DNA of 64,000 nucleotides from positions 124,001 through 188,000 of IMG/VR virus record IMGVR_UViG_3300042544_001590; one strand, given 5' to 3'. This document shows, one piece after another, positions 1 to 9,291 of the stretch. Each line of letters opens with the position of its first letter. Position 1 is the stretch's first letter. The position numbers and the translations under genes were made by a program. Below the pieces are notes generated by a model, which had not been told where the DNA came from, did no database searches, and saw nothing but the letters and a program-made list of their open reading frames with translations.

Positions 1-322
1 GCTTATATTTGATGATGCTTACAACATCATCAATGGAAATCTTTTCATTTTTCTTCTTACGCTTCAACATGAAGAACTTGAGAACCTTTTCATTCAGGGA
101 TTTCTCATAATCTTTCACAACTTGATGTTTGACTTGTTTATATTTCTCCTGAATGTTTGTCACATCTTCGGATGGAAATCCTCGTCCTCCTGACATATCC
201 CAAACAGCGTTTAGGTAATGTGTTGCCAGATGTCCAGCAATTTTTGTGGCTTCTTCTTTCTCTTCCATAGTCATCTCTTTGAGATGTTTTGCTGCGTTAT
301 TCAATTCGTTTATATTAACCAT
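1..322 (-). CDS. hypothetical protein (partial, runs off window start)
   Basis: Manual translation from ATG at 322: MVNINELNNAAKHLKEMTMEEKEE..., open to position 1; abuts stop of next ORF. Confidence 0.6.
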   Translation of the reverse strand, partial: MVNINELNNAAKHLKEMTMEEKEEATKIAGHLATHYLNAVWDMSGGRGFPSEDVTNIQEKYKQVKHQVVKDYEKSLNEKVLKFFMLKRKKKNEKISIDDVVSIIKYK

Positions 323-326
323 AATT

Positions 327-563
327 TTATCCTTCAATTACTCCCCCTTTGGGAGCAGTTCTCATATCAGCGGAATACCTCACAGCACCGCCCGTTTTCT
401 GCCCATGAAATTCGTTCAGAAGCTCTGTCATATCAATGCTCTTGGCACCAAATACATGTTGCTCGTAAATGTTTCCAATCTCTGCATTGATTCGATCCTG
501 CCCCCAAGCGTCCAAAATGGCACCAGCAGAACCCCCGTATTTTTGTGAAAAGTGTCCGCTCAT
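327..563 (-). CDS. hypothetical protein
   Basis: 78 aa ORF with TAAATA-N5-ATG motif upstream. Confidence 0.6.
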   Translation of the reverse strand: MSGHFSQKYGGSAGAILDAWGQDRINAEIGNIYEQHVFGAKSIDMTELLNEFHGQKTGGAVRYSADMRTAPKGGVIEG

Positions 564-567
564 ATTT

Positions 568-1359
568 TTATTTATTATTATTCACCAAATTTTCAATGAT
601 GTTCTTACATTCAGCCGAATAACCAGCCTCGATATCATAGATTTTAGCATCTAAATCCATCAGACAAACGAAAGGGGAATGAGTTGCCACGATGATCTGA
701 TAATCTTTAGACATGCGCTTCAGAAGAGCAAACAGTTCCATCTGCTTGGGCAACGACAATGCCCTCTCAGGCTCATCCAGAAGCAATGTAACCCTACCTG
801 TGCGTGGGAGAGAGCGAATGTAATCAACTTCTCCGACTTGGGCGGGATGGGAAGAAACATACTTGGTAAGATCGGGAGGGGTCTTGAGCATGTTGAAGAG
901 CTTATTGAGCTTTTTCATTCGATACTGGCCCGATGACGGCTTCTCAATCATGGCATCCATGTGTTCCTCTTCCGTGGTCATACCATCTTCCGATGAAATT
1001 TCCTTATGGGTAAACCAAGCCCATTGGTCAATCTTCACATCTCCCTCGTTATAGAATGTGGCAGTTCCGTCCCATCCCACGATACAATCGGATTGACCGG
1101 GAGAATATGCGCGATACACATAAGGAAAATGACTTTTCTGTTGCGCTCCCAAAGCAAGTTCAGAGGAAATCCTTGACCATCCTGCAAATCCATTGGGAAT
1201 GCCACAATATGCTTTGAGCATTTTTAGAACACTGGTCTTACCTCCCCCGTTACTCGATGATAAAATATTTAGTCCTTCCGTGAAATGAAACTCAATACCC
1301 GGATGAAAATTCGGGAGTTCCGTGGCGTATCCGTTTAGTATTTTAATACTTGAAATCAT
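568..1359 (-). CDS. ABC/SMC-type (AAA_21-like) ATPase
   Basis: Walker A-like SSNGGGKTS, signature-like PSSGQ, Walker B LLLDEPE, H-loop IIVATHSP. Confidence 0.8.
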   Translation of the reverse strand: MISSIKILNGYATELPNFHPGIEFHFTEGLNILSSSNGGGKTSVLKMLKAYCGIPNGFAGWSRISSELALGAQQKSHFPYVYRAYSPGQSDCIVGWDGTATFYNEGDVKIDQWAWFTHKEISSEDGMTTEEEHMDAMIEKPSSGQYRMKKLNKLFNMLKTPPDLTKYVSSHPAQVGEVDYIRSLPRTGRVTLLLDEPERALSLPKQMELFALLKRMSKDYQIIVATHSPFVCLMDLDAKIYDIEAGYSAECKNIIENLVNNNK

Positions 1360-1360
1360 A

Positions 1361-1756
1361 TCATTTCACTCCCCAAGATGTTCCATTAAACCACTCATGT
1401 CCCGATGGGTTATTCAGCGTTGCTTCCCTACGTTTGAAAGGTTCCGGTTGAACGGGTTGTTGCGCGATTTGTTCAGCCTTCAATCTTTCAATTGATTCTC
1501 TTTTCATTCGCTCCATTTCACTATCAATTTTATTGATTTCTTCTTGGTATTCTTCGGTTGTTAAATATTCACCAAAAAGAGGATACCAATCTCTTCCAAC
1601 CAATACATCATCATCGTCATTGTTTACAGAACTGACATGGGAATCATCTTTAAGATCATCCGTTTCGTCCGTTGTTGTAAACCTGAAATTCTCATCCTCC
1701 TGTGCTTTGATTTCCACTTGCATGATAGGATTTATGGAGACGTTTAGGAATGTCAA
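1361..1756 (-). CDS. hypothetical acidic protein
   Basis: 131 aa ORF tightly packed in minus-strand cluster. Confidence 0.55.
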   Translation of the reverse strand: MTFLNVSINPIMQVEIKAQEDENFRFTTTDETDDLKDDSHVSSVNNDDDDVLVGRDWYPLFGEYLTTEEYQEEINKIDSEMERMKRESIERLKAEQIAQQPVQPEPFKRREATLNNPSGHEWFNGTSWGVK

Positions 1757-2460
1757 GGAATTGATATTTGTTCAGTGGAAGGATTATAAATAAAATGTTG
1801 TAAAGTCCGTTGTAAAGTCCCATTATTATTAGTTAATATATATACGTCCACATTTATAGTACCATCTCGATTATTTCCAGTAATTTTAATACTTCCCACA
1901 GTATTATAACCAGCATCTTCCAATGCATACCTAATTTGGTCGGTGCTGGAAGCAAGCTGTCTGTCTGGTCCTCTAACTCTTTTAGCTGTCCTAGTTTTCG
2001 GATCAAATTTAACAATATATGTCGATTTATCAGCAGAGTATGTTCTACCCAATTTAGGATCACCCGTCTGTGGATCATTTACCAACTCCCCCACTTTAAT
2101 GGTTGCGGTATATGTCCCATCAGCGTTTCGTTTCGGATTCCAATTGAGCTTTTCACCTCGCTCTTCGTGGAATCCATCTTCATGAATGTAATCCAATGTA
2201 ATTTGATCTTTAGTCATTGAAGCCCTTTGACCTTTTTCAGCGGCATTTCTTCTCCATTCCGTTCCTTTCCTTATAGGATTCATTATTTCCGGTGCTACCG
2301 TATCAGCAATGGAACCAGCCCAAGATAATGCTTTAGTAGTATTTGGAAATTTTTTTATTAATTTTTCCTTCCCCTTTCCGATATTATCCATAATACCGCT
2401 TGCAGTAAAATTATTCCAAAATCCCTCGGAAAGTAAATCTTTTTGACTGATTTTATGCAT
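1753..2460 (-). CDS. hypothetical protein, putative head-internal
   Basis: 235 aa ORF; N-terminus ...DLLSE-G resembles prohead-protease processed leader. Confidence 0.65.
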   Translation of the reverse strand: MHKISQKDLLSEGFWNNFTASGIMDNIGKGKEKLIKKFPNTTKALSWAGSIADTVAPEIMNPIRKGTEWRRNAAEKGQRASMTKDQITLDYIHEDGFHEERGEKLNWNPKRNADGTYTATIKVGELVNDPQTGDPKLGRTYSADKSTYIVKFDPKTRTAKRVRGPDRQLASSTDQIRYALEDAGYNTVGSIKITGNNRDGTINVDVYILTNNNGTLQRTLQHFIYNPSTEQISIP

Positions 2461-2911
2461 CGGTTGCTAGGTGTTGGTCTGCCACATTTCGCAATGCAAC
2501 GTCGATGAGAGCATCAAGCTCATTTTTTATAAATCCCTTCCCAATTAAAACCTTATGATCGTTGTCCGCTCTATTACCAATTGAAAATGGTGTGTTTGGA
2601 AATTTCTTACCGCCAATCATACAATCAAATAAACAGATTGGACGTTCCTCCGTATTACCAGCCCCGAGATTGATGGTGATGGTATCTTTGACTGGTTTTT
2701 CTAAGCGTATGGAATTCATGGTTGTAAATCTTACTATGGGTTGGTTTGTTTGGCGATCTTTTCCGAATTCAAGGTCTTCCCCGTGTAAAACATTGTAAGC
2801 ACCATTACCCGTATCCAATTTGGCGGATATGGTTCCAACACCATCAACTATGATGTCCTCTTCCAAACCGAGGATGTTTTTTTCCACAAAGAATTGCTTG
2901 AAACTTCTCAT
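2453..2911 (-). CDS. retropepsin-like aspartic protease (RimK-associated 'ATP-dependent zinc protease' type)
   Basis: Catalytic-type AKLDTG motif and C-terminal FSIGNR...VLIGKGF pattern typical of this family. Confidence 0.75.
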   Translation of the reverse strand: MRSFKQFFVEKNILGLEEDIIVDGVGTISAKLDTGNGAYNVLHGEDLEFGKDRQTNQPIVRFTTMNSIRLEKPVKDTITINLGAGNTEERPICLFDCMIGGKKFPNTPFSIGNRADNDHKVLIGKGFIKNELDALIDVALRNVADQHLATDA

Positions 2912-2915
2912 TCAT

Positions 2916-3182
2916 TTAAATTACTGGTTTTTCATTAACATCAACACCCATGCTTTCGTAAATTCGTTTCACGTTTCTATGTGCGGATGAAATCTCCCCA
3001 ATGTTTGGGAATTTTGGTTTAGGTTTATCAGGAGTGCTATGGAACATTGAATAATTATTAATTGTTTTTATCATATGTTCAATCATGTGTTTGGAATCCA
3101 TTAGAAGAGACAAATGATCTTGAGAAGAATCTGTTTTCAAAGATTCCCACATGATTTCATTTTCTTCTAATTTTGATATCAT
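2916..3182 (-). CDS. hypothetical protein
   Basis: Likely start MISKLEENEIMWES at 3182 within tracked ORF 2916..3320; N-terminus resembles the neighbour's EENAVLWES. Confidence 0.55.
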   Translation of the reverse strand: MISKLEENEIMWESLKTDSSQDHLSLLMDSKHMIEHMIKTINNYSMFHSTPDKPKPKFPNIGEISSAHRNVKRIYESMGVDVNEKPVI

Positions 3183-3192
3183 ATTAAAATTG

Positions 3193-3645
3193 TTAGTAGT
3201 CGTCGGCTTGTTCAAAACCAGTGTTGGCGAAATCTGCCTTGGCATCCAGACGATGCCAAACATCGGAAACATATGTGGATGCAATCGTGATGGCGGAAAC
3301 CATCCAATCCTCAAATTCACATTCGTTTTTCATGTCATACAAACGATCTGCGTATTCAGCGAGTTTTTTCAACTCTGCCACAAGAACTTCATTAACTTCA
3401 TGCTTCTCGACATGACCAACTGGTTCAATTTCCATAACCATTCCATGTGCTTCAGGCTCATCGTCGTCACCGAAGTCATCGTCGTCACCAAAATCTGGCA
3501 TCATTCCATAATCATCATCGTCATCAAAATCATCACCCATATCATCACCAAAGTCATCATCCATCTCGTCATCGAATCTTTTGTTCATAACTCCACTACG
3601 GAAAGATTCCCAAAGCACGGCATTTTCTTCTCCTTTGAATTTCAT
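3193..3645 (-). CDS. acidic hypothetical protein, putative head-internal
   Basis: Asp-rich; C-terminal EDWMVSAITIASTYVSDVWHRLD recalls a segment common in large myovirus proteins; TAAATA-N5-ATG. Confidence 0.7.
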   Translation of the reverse strand: MKFKGEENAVLWESFRSGVMNKRFDDEMDDDFGDDMGDDFDDDDDYGMMPDFGDDDDFGDDDEPEAHGMVMEIEPVGHVEKHEVNEVLVAELKKLAEYADRLYDMKNECEFEDWMVSAITIASTYVSDVWHRLDAKADFANTGFEQADDY

Positions 3646-3653
3646 AGTAATAT

Positions 3654-4055
3654 TTAGTCCATCTGATCTAAATTATCCCGAATGTCCTGTCCTTGTTGTG
3701 CGGGACGGATGATTGGGAGGACTTTTGATTGATATAAATCCTTGGCGGTCTGTCCCGATGCTTGGATTTTCTTGATATTATCAGGTCTGCGTAGTAAATC
3801 TAAGATGTTTTCCAGAGCGATGCGATCAGTGCCGCTAGGAGGTTCCATGAGAGCCGCCAGAACCACATCCTCCATGTATCGGATTTCAGCGGGAGAACTC
3901 AGGGGGATCGTCTCCGCTGGCTCTTCTGGGGGCATCTCAGGTGCAGGAGCTTGACCTTCTTGGGGTGCCTGTTCCATACCAGCTTCAGGATTTTGTTCAT
4001 CCTGTTCCAGAATGGATTGATATCTTTCGATAAGTTGTAAGGTTTTTGATTTCAT
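3654..4055 (-). CDS. hypothetical protein
   Basis: ORF MKSKTLQLIERYQSILEQ...; packed cluster. Confidence 0.65.
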   Translation of the reverse strand: MKSKTLQLIERYQSILEQDEQNPEAGMEQAPQEGQAPAPEMPPEEPAETIPLSSPAEIRYMEDVVLAALMEPPSGTDRIALENILDLLRRPDNIKKIQASGQTAKDLYQSKVLPIIRPAQQGQDIRDNLDQMD

Positions 4056-4056
4056 A

Positions 4057-4503
4057 TTAAACAACGTTAAATTTCTTCGTTTTGGATTTTTGAACTGCTT
4101 TTTTCAAGCTATCAGTATTTCTTTTATATGCGTCAATCGCTTGTCCAGCAACATTTTCACGTTCTTTTGCAACCCTTTTGGCTTTTTGAGCTTTGGTCAT
4201 AGCAAGTGGCCCAAGATTCGGTAATGAAGACTTGGCACCAAGTTTTTCAACTTCAGAATCAATATCATATGAACCAACCGTTTGTTGTTCTTCCTCTGGG
4301 AGATCACCCATATCTTGACGGGCTTGCATACCCACAGCTTCCAGAATGATATCCCCTTGTTCAGCATGAAGGATGATTTGGGAACCTTTGGAACTGAATG
4401 GAACTTCCTGTTCATATAGGAAGAATTTTGCCTGAAATGCGGCATCCATCTTGGATTGGTTCGCAGGATCGTGTTGTTCAAGAATCTCAAGAAATTTGCT
4501 CAT
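4057..4503 (-). CDS. hypothetical protein
   Basis: 148 aa ORF with TAAATA-N5-ATG. Confidence 0.7.
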   Translation of the reverse strand: MSKFLEILEQHDPANQSKMDAAFQAKFFLYEQEVPFSSKGSQIILHAEQGDIILEAVGMQARQDMGDLPEEEQQTVGSYDIDSEVEKLGAKSSLPNLGPLAMTKAQKAKRVAKERENVAGQAIDAYKRNTDSLKKAVQKSKTKKFNVV

Positions 4504-4507
4504 GACA

Positions 4508-5008
4508 TTATTTAGTGAAAATTATCATTTTGTTCACCACATCCTGAAAGTATTTCTCATTTAGGAATGTAAGACCTTCTTTTTCCAAATATTTGTAAAT
4601 CTTGCGAAATGATGGTGGTTTGCGATTGAGGAAAGCCATCTCCAATCCAGAGATGGTTGAGCATTCCCTAATATCGATCAGGTATTCCAGATGTTCCAAA
4701 TCATAATTGGCATCCCAAATCCTGATCTTGAAGATTCGCCGGATTTTAGCCAAAAGCTGGTTGCGGAACTTATCCTTGGTAAGAGCATTGGAAAAGAAAA
4801 TGAAATCCGTGTGGGTATTGTATTTCAGGAATTGTGTCGTGGTCTTTATGAACTCATGGGTGTAGAGTTTCTTGTTATTCCGCTTGGAGAAATCAAAGGT
4901 GGTGATCAATCCAAGGGATTCCAAAAGGATTGCGAAGTTGGTATTCGTATCCCGAAATATCTCATCAATATCGATGATCTTTCTATTTTCAAATTGAATC
5001 CTTGTCAC
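4508..5008 (-). CDS. hypothetical protein
   Basis: 166 aa ORF, 4-nt overlap with upstream gene. Confidence 0.65.
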   Translation of the reverse strand: MTRIQFENRKIIDIDEIFRDTNTNFAILLESLGLITTFDFSKRNNKKLYTHEFIKTTTQFLKYNTHTDFIFFSNALTKDKFRNQLLAKIRRIFKIRIWDANYDLEHLEYLIDIRECSTISGLEMAFLNRKPPSFRKIYKYLEKEGLTFLNEKYFQDVVNKMIIFTK

Positions 5009-5466
5009 AGTTTCAAAATAGCAGGATCACGTTCAATGTCAACAAATCCTTTTGGGATTACGCCAATGCGACAATTTAAAATGCCATTGTAAAATCTCTT
5101 GTCCAGTAAAGCATTACATTTGATCTGCCAAATTAGCTCACTGTATGTCATATGGAATTTTGAGTGACACACCTCTATCACTTCCCTTGAAAAATGCTCA
5201 ATCCCGTATTTCTCAATATCCGATAGCAATTCCTTGGACGATCCCCAATACTTCTCCACATCATTATCCACAAATGAAATGCGATTGCGTGTCTTACCTT
5301 TCAATGGTTTGCGCTTCACGCGCTTCAACAATTGCTTTTTCCCAATGTAAAAACGTCTGCTTCCTTTGTTTTGGATCACATCTGGATGATTGTTGCGGAT
5401 GAGGTAAACGAAGCCCACAACACCTTCCGTATCGGCTGGGAAATTTTTCCATGTGGTTTGCTCCAT
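5005..5466 (-). CDS. GIY-YIG (Seg-like) endonuclease family protein
   Basis: GFVYLI...FYIGKK and YWGSSKEL motifs; start at 5466 supported by TAAATA-N5-ATG. Confidence 0.75.
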   Translation of the reverse strand: MEQTTWKNFPADTEGVVGFVYLIRNNHPDVIQNKGSRRFYIGKKQLLKRVKRKPLKGKTRNRISFVDNDVEKYWGSSKELLSDIEKYGIEHFSREVIEVCHSKFHMTYSELIWQIKCNALLDKRFYNGILNCRIGVIPKGFVDIERDPAILKL

Positions 5467-5729
5467 TTTCCTATTTAGTGGCACGAATCCAGCTATAAAG
5501 CTTATCATAAGCTTTGGTGAGAAAATTAATTTGATTGATTTGTTATCTTGTAATGTTTCTATTTTTATTCTCTTAACAAGTATTAATTATAACGATTTCT
5601 AATTAATATCTGATAATAAGCTGATTGATTTCAATTAATTTTTATTTCTTTTGTTTCTTTCTTTAGTTATCTTTAATCATAGTTAATATCTAATCAAAAA
5701 CTAATAGTAAGAAAATTAATTATAAGGTA

Positions 5730-5757
5730 TTGACTTTTGAAATAGTCGAGTTAAAGT
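5730..5757 (+). promoter_or_regulatory. sigma70-like promoter TTGACT-N16-TAAAGT
   Basis: Direct motif match. Confidence 0.55.
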
Positions 5758-5832
5758 AACAGGGTGGAGGGAGGGCTATGGTCTTATGTACAAACAATAA
5801 TAAGAAAATTGAAAATAATTCATATTACACTA

Positions 5833-5859
5833 TTGACAAACTAATATGGCGAGTATAAT
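5833..5859 (+). promoter_or_regulatory. sigma70-like promoter TTGACA-N15-TATAAT
   Basis: Perfect consensus hexamers, short spacer. Confidence 0.6.
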
Positions 5860-5894
5860 TAAGGGTGGCGGGTGGGCTTGGTGTACAAACTTTA

Positions 5895-6140
5895 TTACTT
5901 CCGAACACGCTTTTTCTTCCGCTTTTTACCCGATTTCGCGCTCAGTCGCCCACTTCTCGTGCTGATTCCCAACCCATACGGATTTCTGGCATCCCCCGGA
6001 GCAAACCAATCCGTGTTTTCAATTCCAGCATGTCCAGCAATATCACCCCCGAACGCACCTCCGCTTGTCATATCCTCATTCAACATGGTTTGATAAATAT
6101 TAGCAATTTCAATCTTGTCATTGACAAAGGGATGGTTCAT
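5895..6140 (-). CDS. small protein with basic C-terminal tail
   Basis: Start MNHPFVND at 6140 (TAAATA-N5-ATG); ends KSGKKRKKKRVRK. Confidence 0.65.
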   Translation of the reverse strand: MNHPFVNDKIEIANIYQTMLNEDMTSGGAFGGDIAGHAGIENTDWFAPGDARNPYGLGISTRSGRLSAKSGKKRKKKRVRK

Positions 6141-6155
6141 GTTATTATTTAGTAA

Positions 6156-6512
6156 ATGATCCGAGTAGTGAACAAATCCAAACATAAACCAACTCCCGAT
6201 GATTTCTACATCGGGCGCGGTTCCGTCATGGGTAATCCTTATCACCACAAGGAATCCAATCATCCCCAAGCCCTGTATAAGGTGGATACGGTGGAAGAAG
6301 CGATTGAGGGATATGAATCATATTTTCAAAATTGTTACTTTTCCACAGATGAAGGATTCAGGCGACAAGTTCAAAAATTGATTGATCGGGAATCAAACGA
6401 TCAAAACACTAATCTCGTCTGTTATTGCGCTCCCGATAAATGTCATGGGGATGTTATCAAAAAATTTGTAGAGGACGCAGCAAGCCAAATTAAGTGGGGA
6501 GCTTTCATGTAA
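6156..6512 (+). CDS. DUF4326-like protein
   Basis: IGRGSVMGNPY and LVCYCAPDKCHGDV motifs. Confidence 0.8.
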   Translation: MIRVVNKSKHKPTPDDFYIGRGSVMGNPYHHKESNHPQALYKVDTVEEAIEGYESYFQNCYFSTDEGFRRQVQKLIDRESNDQNTNLVCYCAPDKCHGDVIKKFVEDAASQIKWGAFM

Positions 6513-6516
6513 AATT

Positions 6517-6915
6517 ATGAGTTTAGAATTAATTAAAAGATATCAAATACAGTTTGAAGAGTTCACCAAAATAACGGACTTCAACCTTGAGGAAATTACG
6601 AAGAGAGTTCCAGCAGAGAAGCATTTCTGGGTATGCCGTCTGATTGATGCGAAGATCGAGAAGGACAAGCTTTACAAGATCAAGGCATCCACCAAGCATA
6701 CCTTACAGAAGAAGCTGATGGAAGAGTCTCCCGTGGCTCTCAACAAGCAAGTGATGGACGATCTGGACAAGACCCCCTCGCTGGAGAACATCAACCAGAA
6801 GATCAAGGAACAAGAGTATCTGGTAGAATATCTGGATCGCGTGGTAGGATTAATCACTTTTATTTCCCAAGATATTAAAAATATTTTAAGTCTTAAACAA
6901 TTGGAGGAGCATTAA
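6517..6915 (+). CDS. uvsY: UvsY-like recombination mediator (putative)
   Basis: Helical 132 aa protein just upstream of UvsW, T4-like synteny. Confidence 0.5.
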   Translation: MSLELIKRYQIQFEEFTKITDFNLEEITKRVPAEKHFWVCRLIDAKIEKDKLYKIKASTKHTLQKKLMEESPVALNKQVMDDLDKTPSLENINQKIKEQEYLVEYLDRVVGLITFISQDIKNILSLKQLEEH

Positions 6916-6918
6916 ATT

Positions 6919-7170
6919 ATGAAAATTAAACCAAAATTTGATTATGTTACAGGGGAATTTGATACTGATATTAATAAATTAATATGCGTCAAATCCCCAA
7001 AATATGGTATTGTTGATTTATGTTTTGATAATGAGGGTGGATTTAATCTACCATTCGCAAGAATCAAATTACATTCCAGCGATAAAGCGGTGGATGCTAA
7101 AAATGTTGTAGAAGATGCGTATGCGTTAGGTGAAGAAATAGCGAGAAGATGGAATGAATTTAAAGAATGA
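6919..7170 (+). CDS. small AT-rich accessory protein
   Basis: 83 aa ORF coupled to UvsW start. Confidence 0.6.
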   Translation: MKIKPKFDYVTGEFDTDINKLICVKSPKYGIVDLCFDNEGGFNLPFARIKLHSSDKAVDAKNVVEDAYALGEEIARRWNEFKE

Positions 7171-8579
7171 TTATTTTTGACTATAAACCATCCAAACGAC
7201 AAGGACAGATCATTACCGATTCTGAAACCCTTGGTATGATTCGTAGTCATTTTTCAGTCAAGAATGACGGGGCATTTTTCGCCAAGAAGAAAGGACATAG
7301 ATTTGTCAAGGATCGAAAGTATGCCATCACTGCCACCGGATTGTTTGATTTTGGATTTCATGGGGAGATTCTGAAATATCTCAGAGACAATCAGATCACC
7401 GACATATCCCTAACGGATGCTTTCAAAAAGAGATTGAAATGTGGTGTGGGAATCGAGGAATTTTGGAATGATTTGAAATATGATGCGCGGTATTACCAGA
7501 AAGATTCAGTGATTGCTGGTCTGAAAAAAGGATTCGGGACATTTCTATTAGCCACATCTGCTGGGAAAAGTTTGGCTCAAGCCTTACTCATTGAAAATTA
7601 CACTCGAAACGTATCATTTGATACTTTCAAATGTCTCATAGTAGTCCCCGGTTTGTCTCTTGTGAACCAATTACAGGGGGATTTTGAGGATTATGGCGTG
7701 ACATTCACGTATTCAGGATGGACGGGGGGAACAGAACCTCAAGATACTCAAGTTGTGATATGCAATTCTGAGAACCTTCTTTCTCAATTTACCAACAATC
7801 CGTGGATTTTGAGCGTGAATCTGCTCATAACAGATGAGTGTCACAAGGTAGCAAGCGAGAATCAGATTTCCAAAATCATAAACAAAATCCACACACCCAA
7901 CAAATTCGGATTCACGGGAACGCTTTCCGATAAACCCATCGACCAATGGAAAACAATCGGGACATTTGGCTCCGTTATATATGAGAAGAAATCCAAGGAA
8001 CTTAGGGATGAGGGTTATATTTCCGATGTGGAAATCACAGCCCTGCAACTCAATCATCCCAAAACGATAAAATTTAAATATAAAGATGAACTGGAATATC
8101 TATACAAACACGAAAAAAGAAATCAGATCATCGCTAAATTGGCTGATTCAATCAGTGGTAATGTCCTTATCATGGTTAATCATCTTGATCACGGAGATAG
8201 TCTATTATCTCTTATGTCTTCCCGATCTGATAAAAGAGTGTTCTTTGTTAAAGGGGAAATGGAAGTGGAAAAAAGGAAAGAAATAATTGACATGATGGAA
8301 AAGAATGATAACATCATTTGTATTGCCATGGCATCCATCTTTTCAACTGGTATCAATATCAAGAATCTCCCCAATATCATATTTGCGGGACTTGGGAAGT
8401 CATTCATTCGGGTTGTACAATCCATTGGTCGGGGACTCCGGTTGCATGATAACAAATCCAAGCTACGCATCATTGATGTTTCGGATAATTTGAAGTATTC
8501 CATGTCCCATGCGTTACACAGGCAGGAAATATACGATCAAGAGCAAATTTTATGGAAAATTAAGGAGGTGTCGCTGTGA
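7167..8579 (+). CDS. uvsW: SF2 DNA helicase UvsW
   Basis: LATSAGKS Walker A, DECH box, QSIGRGLR motif VI; T4-like synteny. Confidence 0.92.
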   Translation: MIIFDYKPSKRQGQIITDSETLGMIRSHFSVKNDGAFFAKKKGHRFVKDRKYAITATGLFDFGFHGEILKYLRDNQITDISLTDAFKKRLKCGVGIEEFWNDLKYDARYYQKDSVIAGLKKGFGTFLLATSAGKSLAQALLIENYTRNVSFDTFKCLIVVPGLSLVNQLQGDFEDYGVTFTYSGWTGGTEPQDTQVVICNSENLLSQFTNNPWILSVNLLITDECHKVASENQISKIINKIHTPNKFGFTGTLSDKPIDQWKTIGTFGSVIYEKKSKELRDEGYISDVEITALQLNHPKTIKFKYKDELEYLYKHEKRNQIIAKLADSISGNVLIMVNHLDHGDSLLSLMSSRSDKRVFFVKGEMEVEKRKEIIDMMEKNDNIICIAMASIFSTGINIKNLPNIIFAGLGKSFIRVVQSIGRGLRLHDNKSKLRIIDVSDNLKYSMSHALHRQEIYDQEQILWKIKEVSL

Positions 8580-8845
8580 TCGAACGTAGTAAGGAAGACA
8601 TTCAAAAGATCGTTGAAAAGTGGAGTTATCTTTTAAATGCACCGTTATCTGGTAACAAAACAGCAATGTTGATTGAATCACAAGAAAAAACATATACGCT
8701 GGATCAGGTAATAGAAAGTATTGAAGATAAAGTGTTTAAACAATATGTTGAAAATTTCAAGCACGACAATGATCATTATAATCCCGATGGATATATTTCG
8801 GTTTTAGTCAAACATCACATTAACAAACACAATATCAATTTATGA
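8576..8845 (+). CDS. small accessory protein
   Basis: GTG start with AAGGAGGT upstream; coupled on both sides. Confidence 0.6.
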   Translation: MIERSKEDIQKIVEKWSYLLNAPLSGNKTAMLIESQEKTYTLDQVIESIEDKVFKQYVENFKHDNDHYNPDGYISVLVKHHINKHNINL

Positions 8846-9291
8846 CAGAAAAAAATGCCAAGAAACCACATTATGTTAATTCCAAGCTGTTCAAACAGCA
8901 ATTGGTGGAATACTATGAGACGGGAGCAAATCTGGACGAATTGGGAGTTCATCTGATGAACATTGCAGAGGGTTTGTCATATAAAATTAACTTTATTAGA
9001 TATTCTCAAAGCTGGAAATCTGAAATGATCGGGGATGCAGTTCTGAAAATGTATGCGGCTCTGGAAAAGAAATTGTATAACATCGAATCAGACTTCAACC
9101 CATTCTCATATTTCAACCGCATTGCTTGGAATGCTTTCTGCAACCGCATCAAGAAGGAGAACGGACAACACAAGGGTCTGGAGGACTACAAGGAGATGGT
9201 GTATATGGAAAGCATGAGTGGGCCAGATTCCATGGGACATGTTTACGTGAAACCGAATTTGGAGGGGGATGAATATGATGACAATGATTAA
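8842..9291 (+). CDS. gp55: late-transcription sigma factor (T4 gp55-like)
   Basis: HYVN...NIAEGLS..NFIRYS..EMIGDA...NPFSYF..IAWNAF.NRIKKE pattern; position between UvsW and gp47. Confidence 0.88.
   Translation: MTEKNAKKPHYVNSKLFKQQLVEYYETGANLDELGVHLMNIAEGLSYKINFIRYSQSWKSEMIGDAVLKMYAALEKKLYNIESDFNPFSYFNRIAWNAFCNRIKKENGQHKGLEDYKEMVYMESMSGPDSMGHVYVKPNLEGDEYDDND

Larger units (their letters stand above)
5520..5890. other. long intergenic region: AT-rich tract plus two promoter/G-tract modules (origin-like)
   Basis: No ORF; very AT-rich 5520-5729; duplicated TATTGAC-N12-CGAGT...AGGGTGG(A/C)GGG(A/T)GGGCT...TGTACAAAC. Confidence 0.5.

Noticed and set aside
3465-3585. GAT/GAC-rich repeat tract
   Set aside because: Simply encodes the Asp-rich linker of ORF 3193..3645
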